A stretch of DNA of 64,000 nucleotides from an uncultured Chloroflexia bacterium (GTDB lineage Bacteria > Chloroflexota > Chloroflexia > Thermomicrobiales > UBA6265). Made by a program: the position numbers and the translations under genes. Positions 38,368-48,420 of the stretch are shown in pieces (the first letter of the stretch is position 1; every line of letters begins with the position of its first letter). The stretch covers positions 256,001-320,000 of the forward strand of contig CAVRUC010000007.1 in the NCBI GenBank assembly GCA_963724295.1, given 5' to 3'. The notes under the pieces were generated by a model that did no database searches, had not been told where the DNA came from, and saw nothing but the letters and a program-made list of their open reading frames with translations.

Positions 38368-39190
38368 ATGTTCATCGGTATCGATGTTGGCGCCAAGCAC
38401 CTAGATGCGGCCGCGGCCACCGCGCGAGACGGCGCGGCTGCCAGCGGCGCGTGCCCAATACGGCCGAGGGCATCACCACGCTCGTCGCGGCCTCAGCGAC
38501 CTCATGCCGCACGCTGGTCGTGCTGGAAGCGACCGGCACCTACCACCGGCCCCTCCTGGCGGCCTGCTGCTCGCGCAGCTGCCGGTCGCCGTCGTCAATC
38601 CCGCGCAGGTGGCCGCCTTCCGCACCAGCCGGCTGGGTCGCCACAAGACCGATCGCGCCGATGCGCAGTTGCTGGCCCGCTTCGCCGCGCTGCATCAGGC
38701 GGAGCTGCGCCGGGCCACGCCGGATGAGCCAGACTTGGCGCGGTTGCGTGCCCTGGTCGGCTATCGGGACGATCTGGTCGCGCGGCGCACGGCCATGCGC
38801 AACCAGCAGCATGCCGCGCAGTGGGCCGGGGAAGCGGCGGTGGTGACCTGGCTGGCGGCCGACCTGACGGCCATCGCGGCGCGCCTGACCGAGGTGGAGC
38901 AGGCGATTGCGGATCTGCTGGCGACGCGGTCCGAGACGGCGGCGCTGCACGGCCCAGGTCGGCGTCGGGCTCATGACCGCCGCTGCGGTGCTGGCCTATC
39001 TGCAGGCTGGGGTGCTGGGCAATCCCAAGGCGGCAGCGGCCTATGCCGGCGTCCATCCCCGCCATGAGCAGTCCGGGCAACGGGACCGCAGTCGCCTCAG
39101 CAAGCAGGGCTGTCCTGCCTTGCGCCGCTATCTCTATCTGGCGGCCCTGGCGGCCATCCGCTGGGACCCCGAGATCGCGGCCTGGCCTAC
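38368..39190 (+). pseudogene. IS110 transposase/recombinase, 3 frameshifts, C-terminally truncated
   Basis: MFIGIDVG, VLEATG, VVNP, KTDRADA, AAYAGVHP..QSG, LSKQG...LRRYLY; RBS AAGGAGG. Confidence 0.92.
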
Positions 39191-39249
39191 GCGAGTCGGA
39201 CACGTTGTCCACGTCCGCCCGCGAGTCGGACGCGTTGTCCACGTCCGCC
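39190..39249 (+). repeat. 30-bp tandem duplication
   Basis: CGCGAGTCGGACRCGTTGTCCACGTCCGCC twice, one mismatch. Confidence 0.9.
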
Positions 39250-39351
39250 TTTGAGCATGGGGCGGGTCAAGCGCCTGGCGCGGTCAGCGCGACAGGCTGG
39301 AATCGGCTGGCTATCTCGTTGGTCTGCCTAACGGTCGTAGAGGCAGGTAGC

Positions 39352-40101
39352 TCAGGGGCGAGCCGGTGGCTTGGGGCCAGAGTCAGCGCCTCGGGGTGAG
39401 AGCGCTTCGAGCAGCATCGGCTCGAGCAGTCCCCGGTCGCGCAGGGTCTTGACCAGGCGGTGGCCGCCCCGGTCGTGCTCGTGGATCTCGACGCCGCCAC
39501 GGCCGGCGACGCGGTGGGCGTGGAACAGGTCGAGTGAATCGTCGGTACTGACGTGGATCTGGAAGCGGGTCTTGCCCGCGTCCTGGGGCAGAACGTCGAG
39601 GAGATCGAGTGTGTCGGAACGACCCGCTATAGCCTCGTGCAGGGCATCGATCTGCTCCGGCCAGCGCGAGTCTCCGGCTAGCCGGCGGTTCTCGGCGTCG
39701 ATAAAGGTCTGCGGCGAAAAGGCGATGACTTCTTCGGCGCCACACCAGGCGCCAAAGAGGAGCGCGGCGAACCCTCCGGCGGAGGCGCCGGCCATCACGA
39801 CTCGTTCCACGGAAGCCCGCTCGATTGCCGCTCTGAGGAAGGCGCGCACCTCGGCGGCCGAATCCCCGACGCCGGGGATGCCACGCTGATACCAGCCCCG
39901 GCGGGGATCACGCAGAAACGCCTTCTTCGCCGGAAACCCGGCGGTGAGCCGGAAAAACTCGAAGACCGGCATGCTGACGCCGCCGGCGATACCGCCAAAT
40001 AGCACCAACAGCGTTGAACTGCGGGTCTCGAGGTCGAGCACGACGTGAGCGCCGGGATGCGAGAGGAGCGAATCAAAGTCGCCACTGAGCACGTCGGACA
40101 T
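39352..40101 (-). CDS. Alpha/beta hydrolase fold protein
   Basis: GASAGG nucleophile elbow, AFSPQT, C-terminal GGH. Confidence 0.75.
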   Translation of the reverse strand: MSDVLSGDFDSLLSHPGAHVVLDLETRSSTLLVLFGGIAGGVSMPVFEFFRLTAGFPAKKAFLRDPRRGWYQRGIPGVGDSAAEVRAFLRAAIERASVERVVMAGASAGGFAALLFGAWCGAEEVIAFSPQTFIDAENRRLAGDSRWPEQIDALHEAIAGRSDTLDLLDVLPQDAGKTRFQIHVSTDDSLDLFHAHRVAGRGGVEIHEHDRGGHRLVKTLRDRGLLEPMLLEALSPRGADSGPKPPARP

Positions 40102-40162
40102 CAGGATCTGGAGAATCGAGCGAGCATTTGGGGAGCAGGGCGGTGAGGGAGACGGCGCACGG

Positions 40163-40235
40163 TCGGGGTGAGAGGACTCGAACCTCCGGCCTCGGCGTCC
40201 CAAACGCCGCGCGCTACCAACTGCGCCACACCCCG
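40163..40235 (-). tRNA. tRNA-Pro(TGG)
   Basis: CGGGGTG acceptor, CGGCG-TTTGGGA-CGCCG, TTCGAGT T-loop; TATACT upstream. Confidence 0.95.
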
Positions 40236-40276
40236 GTATGGGTCACTTCGAGTATACGGACGGGTCATCAGGGGTG

Positions 40277-42610
40277 TCAAAACCTCGAGCATGCCTGCAC
40301 TAGCCGCCGATCCGCCGGTAGATTCGGGTATTTCCCGCGCGAAACGCCTCTTCCCAATGCGGAGTCTCGCTCCTCCAGCAGCGGCGGGATGTCATAGGGG
40401 CCGGCGGTCTCGCATTCGGTCTGCCAGTCGCCCGACTCATACTCCCCGAGGAAGAGCCAGGTGACCCCATATGTATCAAACAGCGGGCTGTCAGGATGGG
40501 CGAACATCTCGGCGACGTCAGCCTCTCGGCGACCGATCTGATCAAGAAGCTCCGGCTGTCCAGCACGCCATTGTCGCTGATGATTATTCCCCCAGCCGAT
40601 GACCGTCGGTACGCCCGTGAAGGCGGAAACGCGGTTGAATGGCAACCGGTCGAATGGAAGGTAAGAGCACCCCGCGGCTTCCAGCACGACGTCTCCAGGC
40701 GCGGCGTGTTGGCCCAGCCAGCGGATGGCGGCGGTCTCGTCGGGATCCGTTTCCTGGGCAAAGGCGAGGCCATCCAGTCCCTGCCAGGCCGCGAACCGGT
40801 CCGTCCATTGAGACGAAGCGATTGCCGGGTAGACGGCTCCAGCCAGGAGGGTCGCGACCGTTGCCGCCGCCAGCAGCGCTCGCGGCCAGGCAGCTGCCGA
40901 CGCTGCTTTCCAGAGGAGGACGACCGTCACCGCCGTCGCGAGGGCAAACAGCGTCCAGGTCTGGTAGTAGAACTTGAACAGCGTGTTCATGCGATCGTCG
41001 AATGCGTCCCGGATGTAGACGATCTCGACCCCGATCGACAGCGCCCAGCCAATCGAGAAGAGCAGCAGGGCAAACGACCGCGGCCGGTCCTCGGTCGAAC
41101 CGCGCAGCTGCGAAATTGCCAGGGCGAGCGGAATGCCGCAGAGCGGGATCACGGGAGCCGAGAGGAGCACTCCGGGCACGATGGTCGCGGTGAAGACAAC
41201 GAGCAGGGCGAGGAGCGTCGGACGCCACGACGCGCTCCAGGCCCGAACTGCCCCGAATACCACCAGGGTGACACCGAAGATGTAGGGAACCCCGAAGATC
41301 GTTAGATACTCGATGATCGACGTGCGCTCGCCTCGATGCAGACCGACGGCAGCGATCAGGCTGGAGATAACGGGTAGGTCGGCGATGCGGGGTGGTAATC
41401 CGAGTGCGCCACCGGCTGTCGGTGGCACATAGCTCGCCAGAAACGGTAACCAGGCCACGATGGCGGATGCACCGAGAAGAAGAAGCGGTCTCCATGCGCG
41501 ACTCAAGGAGTCCCCCGCACCGCACCAGACGCCAATGGCGACGATCAGCAGGAAGGCCGGCAGGTCCCAGGCATTGAGCGCGTACAGCGAGCCGGCGAAC
41601 GCGCCGCTGATGCCGACGCGCGCCAACCAGCCGCGGTCAGCGTCACTCGCATCACGAGCTTGCACTTGCCGGGCAAGGTTCCAGGCCAGGCCGACCGCGA
41701 CGACGGTGAAGGGCAGGGCCATCAGGTGGGGATGGAGATCCCCGAGCAGGAAACTGAAGAACGGAAACTCGTTGATCGTCTCGGTCGCCGGAAACGAACA
41801 TTGATTGTCGACGCGGGCACCGTCGCAGACGATCCGGCTGGAGCGCCAGCCGATACCGGTGACGCTGTCCCACCACCATGCGGAGACGGTACCGGACGGG
41901 TCCCGGATCAACCGCCAGGGAGCGTAGAGATTTCCCGATAGCGCGAGCGCGACCATGGCGAACAGCCCGCCGGCCGCGGCGAGGCGAGGTCCCAGTGAAG
42001 GTCGGACCGCGTTCCACGCCACGCCGAAGGCGGCCACGGCAGTCGTACTGAAGATCGTTGCCAGTGCCAGGTTGAACGCGATCTCGGGGGCGACTCCTGA
42101 CACGCGACCGACGGCGCCGTGGAGGAGGTAGCCAAGGTAGTAGTAGTTGATCGGCTCTCCGACGAACCACGGATCCGGGGGAGGAATGGAGACCGCCCGG
42201 GCGCTGCTGGCGAGGAACGCGATGTCCATTGGCTTCTCGGTGCCAAGGATCCGCGGCGTGTAGCCGCGAAGCCAGATGTAGGCGGCGAAGAGGAGCAGTG
42301 AAGCGCCTTCGACAAGGACCAGACTTCGCAACCAGGTGCGGTCGGCCTGGCGGCGCCGGATGACAAGCAGCCAGCCCAGCACGGCGGCGACGATCACGAC
42401 CACCGTCACCAGGGAGCCGCTGAACGGCGTCAGCTCGAGTGAAGCGAGCAACCACGCGGGGTAGACGGCGGCGAGCATGGCGATCGGTCGCGCCAGCGTT
42501 GCTCCGCGGTCCGGAAGGCCGCGGCAGAGCCAGGAAACGGCCGGGGACCAGGCCCAGGTCACGGCCGCCAGGACGAGATACCACCGCCCCGCAGCTTCGA
42601 CCCAGCTCAC
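40277..42610 (-). CDS. DUF2298 (Chlor_Arch_YYY) polytopic membrane protein, putative GT-C glycosyltransferase; true stop may be 40300 if there is an indel near 40375
   Basis: EKPMD, PPPDPWF..INYYYLG, NEFPFFSF..DLHPH, RMNTLFKFY, TVIGW..HQRQWR. Confidence 0.85.
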   Translation of the reverse strand: MSWVEAAGRWYLVLAAVTWAWSPAVSWLCRGLPDRGATLARPIAMLAAVYPAWLLASLELTPFSGSLVTVVVIVAAVLGWLLVIRRRQADRTWLRSLVLVEGASLLLFAAYIWLRGYTPRILGTEKPMDIAFLASSARAVSIPPPDPWFVGEPINYYYLGYLLHGAVGRVSGVAPEIAFNLALATIFSTTAVAAFGVAWNAVRPSLGPRLAAAGGLFAMVALALSGNLYAPWRLIRDPSGTVSAWWWDSVTGIGWRSSRIVCDGARVDNQCSFPATETINEFPFFSFLLGDLHPHLMALPFTVVAVGLAWNLARQVQARDASDADRGWLARVGISGAFAGSLYALNAWDLPAFLLIVAIGVWCGAGDSLSRAWRPLLLLGASAIVAWLPFLASYVPPTAGGALGLPPRIADLPVISSLIAAVGLHRGERTSIIEYLTIFGVPYIFGVTLVVFGAVRAWSASWRPTLLALLVVFTATIVPGVLLSAPVIPLCGIPLALAISQLRGSTEDRPRSFALLLFSIGWALSIGVEIVYIRDAFDDRMNTLFKFYYQTWTLFALATAVTVVLLWKAASAAAWPRALLAAATVATLLAGAVYPAIASSQWTDRFAAWQGLDGLAFAQETDPDETAAIRWLGQHAAPGDVVLEAAGCSYLPFDRLPFNRVSAFTGVPTVIGWGNNHQRQWRAGQPELLDQIGRREADVAEMFAHPDSPLFDTYGVTWLFLGEYESGDWQTECETAGPYDIPPLLEERDSALGRGVSRGKYPNLPADRRLVQACSRF

Positions 42611-42625
42611 GCTTGGTGTGCCACG

Positions 42626-45600
42626 TCAGGCCGGACGCACGGGAAGGACGTGATAGATCGTGGTGCCACGCGACTGGTGAGCGACTTCGAGGGTGGTCCC
42701 GACCATGGCGGCGAACGCCTCGATCCCCGCTGCGGAGCCAGCCGGCGTGCATTCGTTGTTAGCAATCGGATAGATCCGCTCCAGCTCGCCGACGACGACG
42801 TACTCCACGTTGTAGCGGCGCAGGATCGATGCCTTCTGGTCGGTATCGGTCGAGGTATAGAGCGTTTCCACGTCCGCCACCCGGGCCGGCAGGGTTTCCG
42901 GATAACGCTGCTGCTGCTCGTGACGTTCCCAGCCGATGATCGTCGGTAGACCAGTTGCCGCGGAGATCCTACTGCCGTTGCACCGGTACGGTCCGATCGA
43001 TGCTTCGGCAACGACGGGAGTCCCAGAGACATTGGCGAAGAACCAGGCGATGGCGTCCGCGTCTCCAGCGTATGGAATTTTCCCGTAGGCCGGACTGCCG
43101 ATGACGGGCACGGTTCCGGCATTCATCCACGCGAATGCATTGAGCGTACCGACCGGCGACCCGGGCTTGAAGCGCTGCGCCAGGCGTGGTCCGGTGGCCA
43201 CGAGGGGATAGATCAGCGAGGCAAGGAGCACCAATAGGGTGGCGGCTGCTCCCAGGCGCGCCCAGGCGCCGCGAATGGTGGGGAATGCCCGGGTCGACGA
43301 GCGGGAACGGACAGCTCGGCGCAGCTCCTGAATCATGAGCGCGAACAGGGCCGCGCCGGCCAGGCTGAAGAGAACCCAGACCTGGTTGTAGAACTTGAAG
43401 ACCGTGTTCATGCGGTAGGCCGTGGTGGCGATCAGATCGTCGGCGATCACGACGACCTCGACGCCGGCGGCGGTGAAGGCGGCCGCCGCCGCCAGCAGGC
43501 AGACGAAGCGATCGCCGCGGCGGTCCAGCCGCAGCCAGCCCACCGCCGCGGCGCCGCCCAGGGCAATGAGCAAGCCGAAGACGGCGCGGCCGGCGAGGAT
43601 GCTGGACGCGGCGATCAGCGCCGAGATCGGGATGAGCAGTGCGGCAAATCGTCTACTCCAATCGCGTTGCCCGTCGTTGTGTGTCGTCAGTGTCCAGGCG
43701 GCGAGCAGAGGTGGACCGCAGAGGGCCGAGACGACAAGGAGAGCGCCGGCAGTCTGTGCCACCGAACTACGACCAACGACGAGCGCGACGACACCAAGCG
43801 CTCCCAGCGCCAGCACGCCCAGCGTCGAGGCAGTATTGAGAAGATGTTCACGACGCCGTGGCAGCAAGAGAACGACGAGCCCCAGGGCGGCAACGACGAT
43901 CAGCCCGCCCAGGTGACTCAGGAACTGGATGGGATCGGTGGGGTCGCGGACAAGCGCAAGCTGACTGAAGAGCGCAACGAAATGGAGGTGGAAGGGGAGG
44001 AAGAGGAGCCACGCGCCGCCGAGCGAAAGCAGCGATCCGGCGGCCAGGGCGAACAGGCGTCGCGAGATCGGCTTCACACCCGCCGTGGCCATGAAAATGG
44101 ATGCGATTGCGAGTACGGCGTAAACCGGCACATCCCAGGCATTTGTCGCGCTCAGGGTGCCGAGGAGCAGAGCCAGGGTCGTCAACCGGGCGACGGCCGG
44201 TAGACGGGGCGTCTCCGATACGCGGGTTGTGGCGATGGCCAGGCAGGTGGCAATGGTGGCAACGGTCAAGGGTAAGGCGACCACGTGCGCGTGGAGGTCC
44301 GCGTACAACCCGGTGAAGTAGGGAAACTCCGTGATCACGTGGTCGATGGCGCGGCTACCACCCCAGGTCCAGAAGAGGAACGGATCGAATCGCACCGGGA
44401 TGCCTTCGAGCAGGCGGTGGAGCGCCGAGAGATTTCCCAGCAGGCAGAGAGCGATGACGCCGCACCAGCCGCCGAGAAGAGCCATCCGCGACGACCGGGT
44501 CAGTCCGCGGGCGAGGGCAGCGGCGACCGTGAACCCACCGCCGGCCAACATACCAATGAACGTGGGCAACGCGAGATTGAAACCGACCTCAGCTGGAATC
44601 CCGGTGGCCTTGAGCAGGAAGGCGACCAGATAGAACCCGTAGTAGTAGTAGTTCAGGTAGCCATCGCTGAACCACGGGTCGTAGGGCGGAAAGTACGCGC
44701 TGCGGGCGATGGCATTGATCTGGGCGAACTCCATCGCTTTCTCACCGCCCCAGAACGGATGCCAGCTGTCGGGATTGATCAGTCTGAACGCGAGGAAGAT
44801 GAGAAATACGAGCCAGAACGCAGCTTCGGCATGGAGCCAGGTGAGCCGAGTCGAGGAGTCGAGGAGACCGTTGCCGCTGGCAGGAGTCGAGAAGCGTGGG
44901 CGACTGCTCGACGCCTCGACTGGTCTATTCGCGTGCCGCTCGAATCGCCATCCGATAGCGCCGATCGCCGCAATTGCAAGGACAACCCAGACGGCCCGGA
45001 AGCGGAAGAACTCCAGGCTGGCGCCCAGCCAGACCGGGTAAGCGGCGGCAACCAGGGCCAGGGTACGGGCCAGTCCCCAGCCCTGATCCGGGAACATCGG
45101 AAACAGCATTCGCGCGATTGGCAAACCGACGGCCAGGAGGACCAACACCAGCACGCTCCAGACCACGATGGCTACCGGAGTCGCAGCTGTGATCGCCGCG
45201 CTCCAGCGGCCATCGGCGACGGAGGGGTTCTCCCCGACGGGGCCATCGAGCAGCAGGGTCGGCATTGCCGGCTCGCGAGCTGGGTACCAGGGACGTTGCA
45301 GGGCCCAGGACATTACGGCGTCGTATTCAGCGCGGGCAAGCTGTGCCGTGCGCTGGAAGACCGTGACGCGGGGGTGGTCGTAGTTGATGAACGACTCGTC
45401 GGCCCGGCGGTCGTCTATGGCCACGTTGCCGATGGCGGGAGAGCGCTCGAACCTGGCCATCGGTTGGAACCCCAGCGCGCCATCGTCGAGCTGTGAGAAA
45501 TACCGTCCCTGGACGGGATAGCGCCACGGCGCCGCCCGCATAGCCGACTCCACTCGCTGGGAGGATTGGACGATGTAGTCGGCACGAGAGATTCCGGCGT

Positions 45601-47086
45601 AGATGGCATCCCGCGCTTCGGCAGGTGGCAGATCTCGATAGAGATCGAGGGTGATCGTGCCAAAACCGAACGAGGCGGGAGAGAGGGCATAAGCGAGCGA
45701 CCGTGGCAATGCGTCATCCCAATACTCGGCGGTCAGGTTCGCGCCCGGCGGGATGGCGCTGTAGATCCAGCGCGAGGCCGTGAGTCTTGGGTTCTCGTGG
45801 GCGTAGATCGAGAGGAAGGCGCCGGTCCAGGCGAACGTCAGGGTCAGGGCCAGCAACGGCACTGCAAGGCCTGGCATCCGCGGCCACGTGAGACGCACCG
45901 CACCGCTGAGTTTCGATAGAGCGAGCGCGGCGCTGACGGCGAACACGGGCGCAAGGGGCTCCAGGTAGCGCAAGAACTTGACGTCCGCGACCAGGAGCAC
46001 GCCGCCGTAGACGGCGATCCAGGAAGCGAGGATGATCGCCGTCGTCGACCTTCCGCGAAGGGCGAGACCGAGGAGGAGGGCGATACCGGCGATCGACAGC
46101 AGGCCCGCGGCCGGGCCATATCCCCAACGGAGAAATTGCTCGAGCTGGTAGGCGAGCGGCACGGTACCGGCATAGACACGGGTGAAGGGGACGTCGAAGA
46201 CACCCGAGACGATGTCGGCCTGGGTTCGCAACGATTGCAGGTAGACCTGAGGGCGAAGCAACGCATACGGCTCGAAGGCGAAAAACGCGGCTACAGCGGA
46301 AACGGCCGCCGCGACTGCGTTGACCAGCAGTGATCGTGAGACCGATGGCATGTGCCGACGATCGAAGCGACGCGCGGCGTCGATGACCAGCGCGGTCGCG
46401 ATCGGAACCGCCAGCGCGAAGACGCTCCCCTTGGTCGCCATGGCCAGGCCGAACGCGGCGCCGGCCGCGGCGAATCGCAGCACGCGCCCGTCTCGGGCCG
46501 CGGTCACGCAGGCAAGCAGGCAGAGCGCCACGAAGAAGGTCAGCCAGCTGTCGGTGGTGAAGAAGTGCGCGAGCTGGATCGACATTGGCGCGAGGGCGGC
46601 AAAGAGCGCGGCCATCAATCCCACGGCGCGACCGCCGAGGGAGGTACCGAGAGCGGCGATGGGGAGTATCGTCAGCGCGCTCAGCGCGGCGGAGATGGCC
46701 CGTCCCACGAGGTAGGCGCGGTCCATGGCATTCCAATCGACGCCGGTCAGTCGGGAAAGGGCCCAGGCGACCGCGTCGGTCACCCAGAGCGGGAGGGCTC
46801 CGTAGGCGAACTCGCGAAACTGGCCGCTCACTGGATCGGCTGAGCGCGGATTCAGGCCACTGCGCGCCGGATCGAGGAGCGTGCCGAGGTCGGGTGGCCA
46901 GTCGAATCGGATGCGATCGATCAGCACGATCTTGGCGATGAAGAGCTCGTCAGGGTGCAGATCGGCGCCGTCGTCCCAGTCGATGCCGTAGAGGCGCAAC
47001 GCCAGGGCCGCCAGGAAGACAATCGAGAGCGCTACGGCCCAGATGTCGTGTCTCGGTAGGCGAAGGCGCCGCCGGATTACCATCAT
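42626..47086 (-). CDS. ArnT/PMT-like glycosyltransferase fused to a DUF2298 (YYY) domain
   Basis: N-terminal HPDE, FAYG.LP, AHFFTTD, WDDALP, YDHP; C-terminal GGEKAME, YLNYYYYG, DLHAH, RMNTVFKFY. Confidence 0.85.
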   Translation of the reverse strand: MMVIRRRLRLPRHDIWAVALSIVFLAALALRLYGIDWDDGADLHPDELFIAKIVLIDRIRFDWPPDLGTLLDPARSGLNPRSADPVSGQFREFAYGALPLWVTDAVAWALSRLTGVDWNAMDRAYLVGRAISAALSALTILPIAALGTSLGGRAVGLMAALFAALAPMSIQLAHFFTTDSWLTFFVALCLLACVTAARDGRVLRFAAAGAAFGLAMATKGSVFALAVPIATALVIDAARRFDRRHMPSVSRSLLVNAVAAAVSAVAAFFAFEPYALLRPQVYLQSLRTQADIVSGVFDVPFTRVYAGTVPLAYQLEQFLRWGYGPAAGLLSIAGIALLLGLALRGRSTTAIILASWIAVYGGVLLVADVKFLRYLEPLAPVFAVSAALALSKLSGAVRLTWPRMPGLAVPLLALTLTFAWTGAFLSIYAHENPRLTASRWIYSAIPPGANLTAEYWDDALPRSLAYALSPASFGFGTITLDLYRDLPPAEARDAIYAGISRADYIVQSSQRVESAMRAAPWRYPVQGRYFSQLDDGALGFQPMARFERSPAIGNVAIDDRRADESFINYDHPRVTVFQRTAQLARAEYDAVMSWALQRPWYPAREPAMPTLLLDGPVGENPSVADGRWSAAITAATPVAIVVWSVLVLVLLAVGLPIARMLFPMFPDQGWGLARTLALVAAAYPVWLGASLEFFRFRAVWVVLAIAAIGAIGWRFERHANRPVEASSSRPRFSTPASGNGLLDSSTRLTWLHAEAAFWLVFLIFLAFRLINPDSWHPFWGGEKAMEFAQINAIARSAYFPPYDPWFSDGYLNYYYYGFYLVAFLLKATGIPAEVGFNLALPTFIGMLAGGGFTVAAALARGLTRSSRMALLGGWCGVIALCLLGNLSALHRLLEGIPVRFDPFLFWTWGGSRAIDHVITEFPYFTGLYADLHAHVVALPLTVATIATCLAIATTRVSETPRLPAVARLTTLALLLGTLSATNAWDVPVYAVLAIASIFMATAGVKPISRRLFALAAGSLLSLGGAWLLFLPFHLHFVALFSQLALVRDPTDPIQFLSHLGGLIVVAALGLVVLLLPRRREHLLNTASTLGVLALGALGVVALVVGRSSVAQTAGALLVVSALCGPPLLAAWTLTTHNDGQRDWSRRFAALLIPISALIAASSILAGRAVFGLLIALGGAAAVGWLRLDRRGDRFVCLLAAAAAFTAAGVEVVVIADDLIATTAYRMNTVFKFYNQVWVLFSLAGAALFALMIQELRRAVRSRSSTRAFPTIRGAWARLGAAATLLVLLASLIYPLVATGPRLAQRFKPGSPVGTLNAFAWMNAGTVPVIGSPAYGKIPYAGDADAIAWFFANVSGTPVVAEASIGPYRCNGSRISAATGLPTIIGWERHEQQQRYPETLPARVADVETLYTSTDTDQKASILRRYNVEYVVVGELERIYPIANNECTPAGSAAGIEAFAAMVGTTLEVAHQSRGTTIYHVLPVRPA

Positions 47087-47152
47087 GGGCGCGATTCTAG
47101 GCAGGCGCGGGTTCAGGGTCGAACTTCACGACGCGCGCTGAGAGGCACGCTA

Positions 47153-48109
47153 TTGCGAGTCGTCTTCTTCGGATCACCGAAATTCGCGGTACCGACGCTG
47201 CAGTCGCTGGCGACGAATCCAGCGTTCGAGGTGGCACTGGTCGTGACCCAGGCCGCAAAGGGGGCGTCGCCGGTCGAAGTTGCGGCGGAAGACCTCGGCC
47301 TGCCGGTCTACAAGCCGGAGACACTGCGCGATGCCGCGTCCCGCGAGCCATTGATCGCGGCCGCGCCGGATCTCTTCGTGGTGGCTGCCTTTGGATTGAT
47401 CTTTCGCCAGCGGACGATCGACATCCCTCGCCACGGCTCGATCAACGTCCATCCTTCGCTGCTGCCGAAGTACCGCGGGGCGAGTCCGATCGTGGCCGCG
47501 ATTGCGGCGGGAGATCGTGAAACCGGTGTGGCGCTGATGGTGATGGATGCGGGTATCGACACTGGAGCTGTCGTTTCTCAAAAGCGGGCCACGATCGCCG
47601 ACGACGATACGAGCGAATCGCTCGGTGGCCGGCTGGGGCTTATTGGCGCGGAGATGGCGGTCCGCGACATCCCGCGCTGGGTCAAGGAGGAGCTGGTTGC
47701 CTCGCCGCAGCACGGTTCGCAGGCCAGTCTGACGCGCACGCTGACCAAGGCTGACGGCTGGATCGACTGGACGCGGCCGGCGGCGGAAATCGAGCGTCAC
47801 ATCCGGGCGATGTGGCCGTGGCCGCGCGCCTGGACGACCGTCCACGGATCGCCGATCCAGATTCATGGCGCCAAGGTTGTGGGCGCAGACCACGAAGGGC
47901 ACGATCGTGGAGCCGTTGTTTCAGAGCGGCGACGATTGATCGTGGCTTGCGGTGAAGATGCGCTCGAGATCGAGACCGTAGAGCCGGCAGGTCGGCGGAC
48001 GATGCCGGCCGCCGCGTACTTGAACGGTTTGCGGACACCGATCGTTCGTTTCGGAGACGCCGGGGCGCCGGAGCCGGCACCGCCGTTGATCGTTCCGATC
48101 GAGACGTGA
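47153..48109 (+). CDS. fmt: Methionyl-tRNA formyltransferase
   Basis: VVFFGSPKFAV, INVHPSLLPKYRGASP, MDAGIDTG, PWP.AWT. Confidence 0.96.
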   Translation: MRVVFFGSPKFAVPTLQSLATNPAFEVALVVTQAAKGASPVEVAAEDLGLPVYKPETLRDAASREPLIAAAPDLFVVAAFGLIFRQRTIDIPRHGSINVHPSLLPKYRGASPIVAAIAAGDRETGVALMVMDAGIDTGAVVSQKRATIADDDTSESLGGRLGLIGAEMAVRDIPRWVKEELVASPQHGSQASLTRTLTKADGWIDWTRPAAEIERHIRAMWPWPRAWTTVHGSPIQIHGAKVVGADHEGHDRGAVVSERRRLIVACGEDALEIETVEPAGRRTMPAAAYLNGLRTPIVRFGDAGAPEPAPPLIVPIET

Positions 48110-48178
48110 TTTGGAAGGGGAACGCACGGGGGTGGCAACGAAACGTCCTTTGTGGGAGGGGGAGCCTCTTAAACTCTC

Positions 48179-48208
48179 TTATGCGGATAAGCTTTCTTAT
48201 CCGCATAA
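48179..48208. repeat. Perfect AT-rich inverted repeat
   Basis: TTATGCGGATAAG-CTTT-CTTATCCGCATAA. Confidence 0.85.
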
Positions 48209-48420
48209 CGCATTCTGGCTCAGATCTGCCCGGGGGCTTCATCAGGCGCCGGGCGGTGCAAGTTGGACAATGCCTCGGACTTGATCCTCCGCGATCTGAA
48301 GCAGCGCTTGCTATGGGAAGCTCGCGCGTCTGCGTGCCACATGCGATTGCTGTCGATCGGCACTGACCGTATGCTCGGCATATTCCGTTGGCGAAGAACT
48401 GCGACTGGGAGGTCGAGTTC

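Larger units (their letters stand above)
38166..39250 (+). mobile_element. IS110 family element, decayed, right end missing
   Basis: Left end starts after the CT core; 200-nt non-coding region followed by a DEDD/Tnp transposase. Confidence 0.88.

Noticed and set aside
39190..39249. Possible CRISPR array
   Set aside because: Only two abutting copies, no spacer, no cas genes
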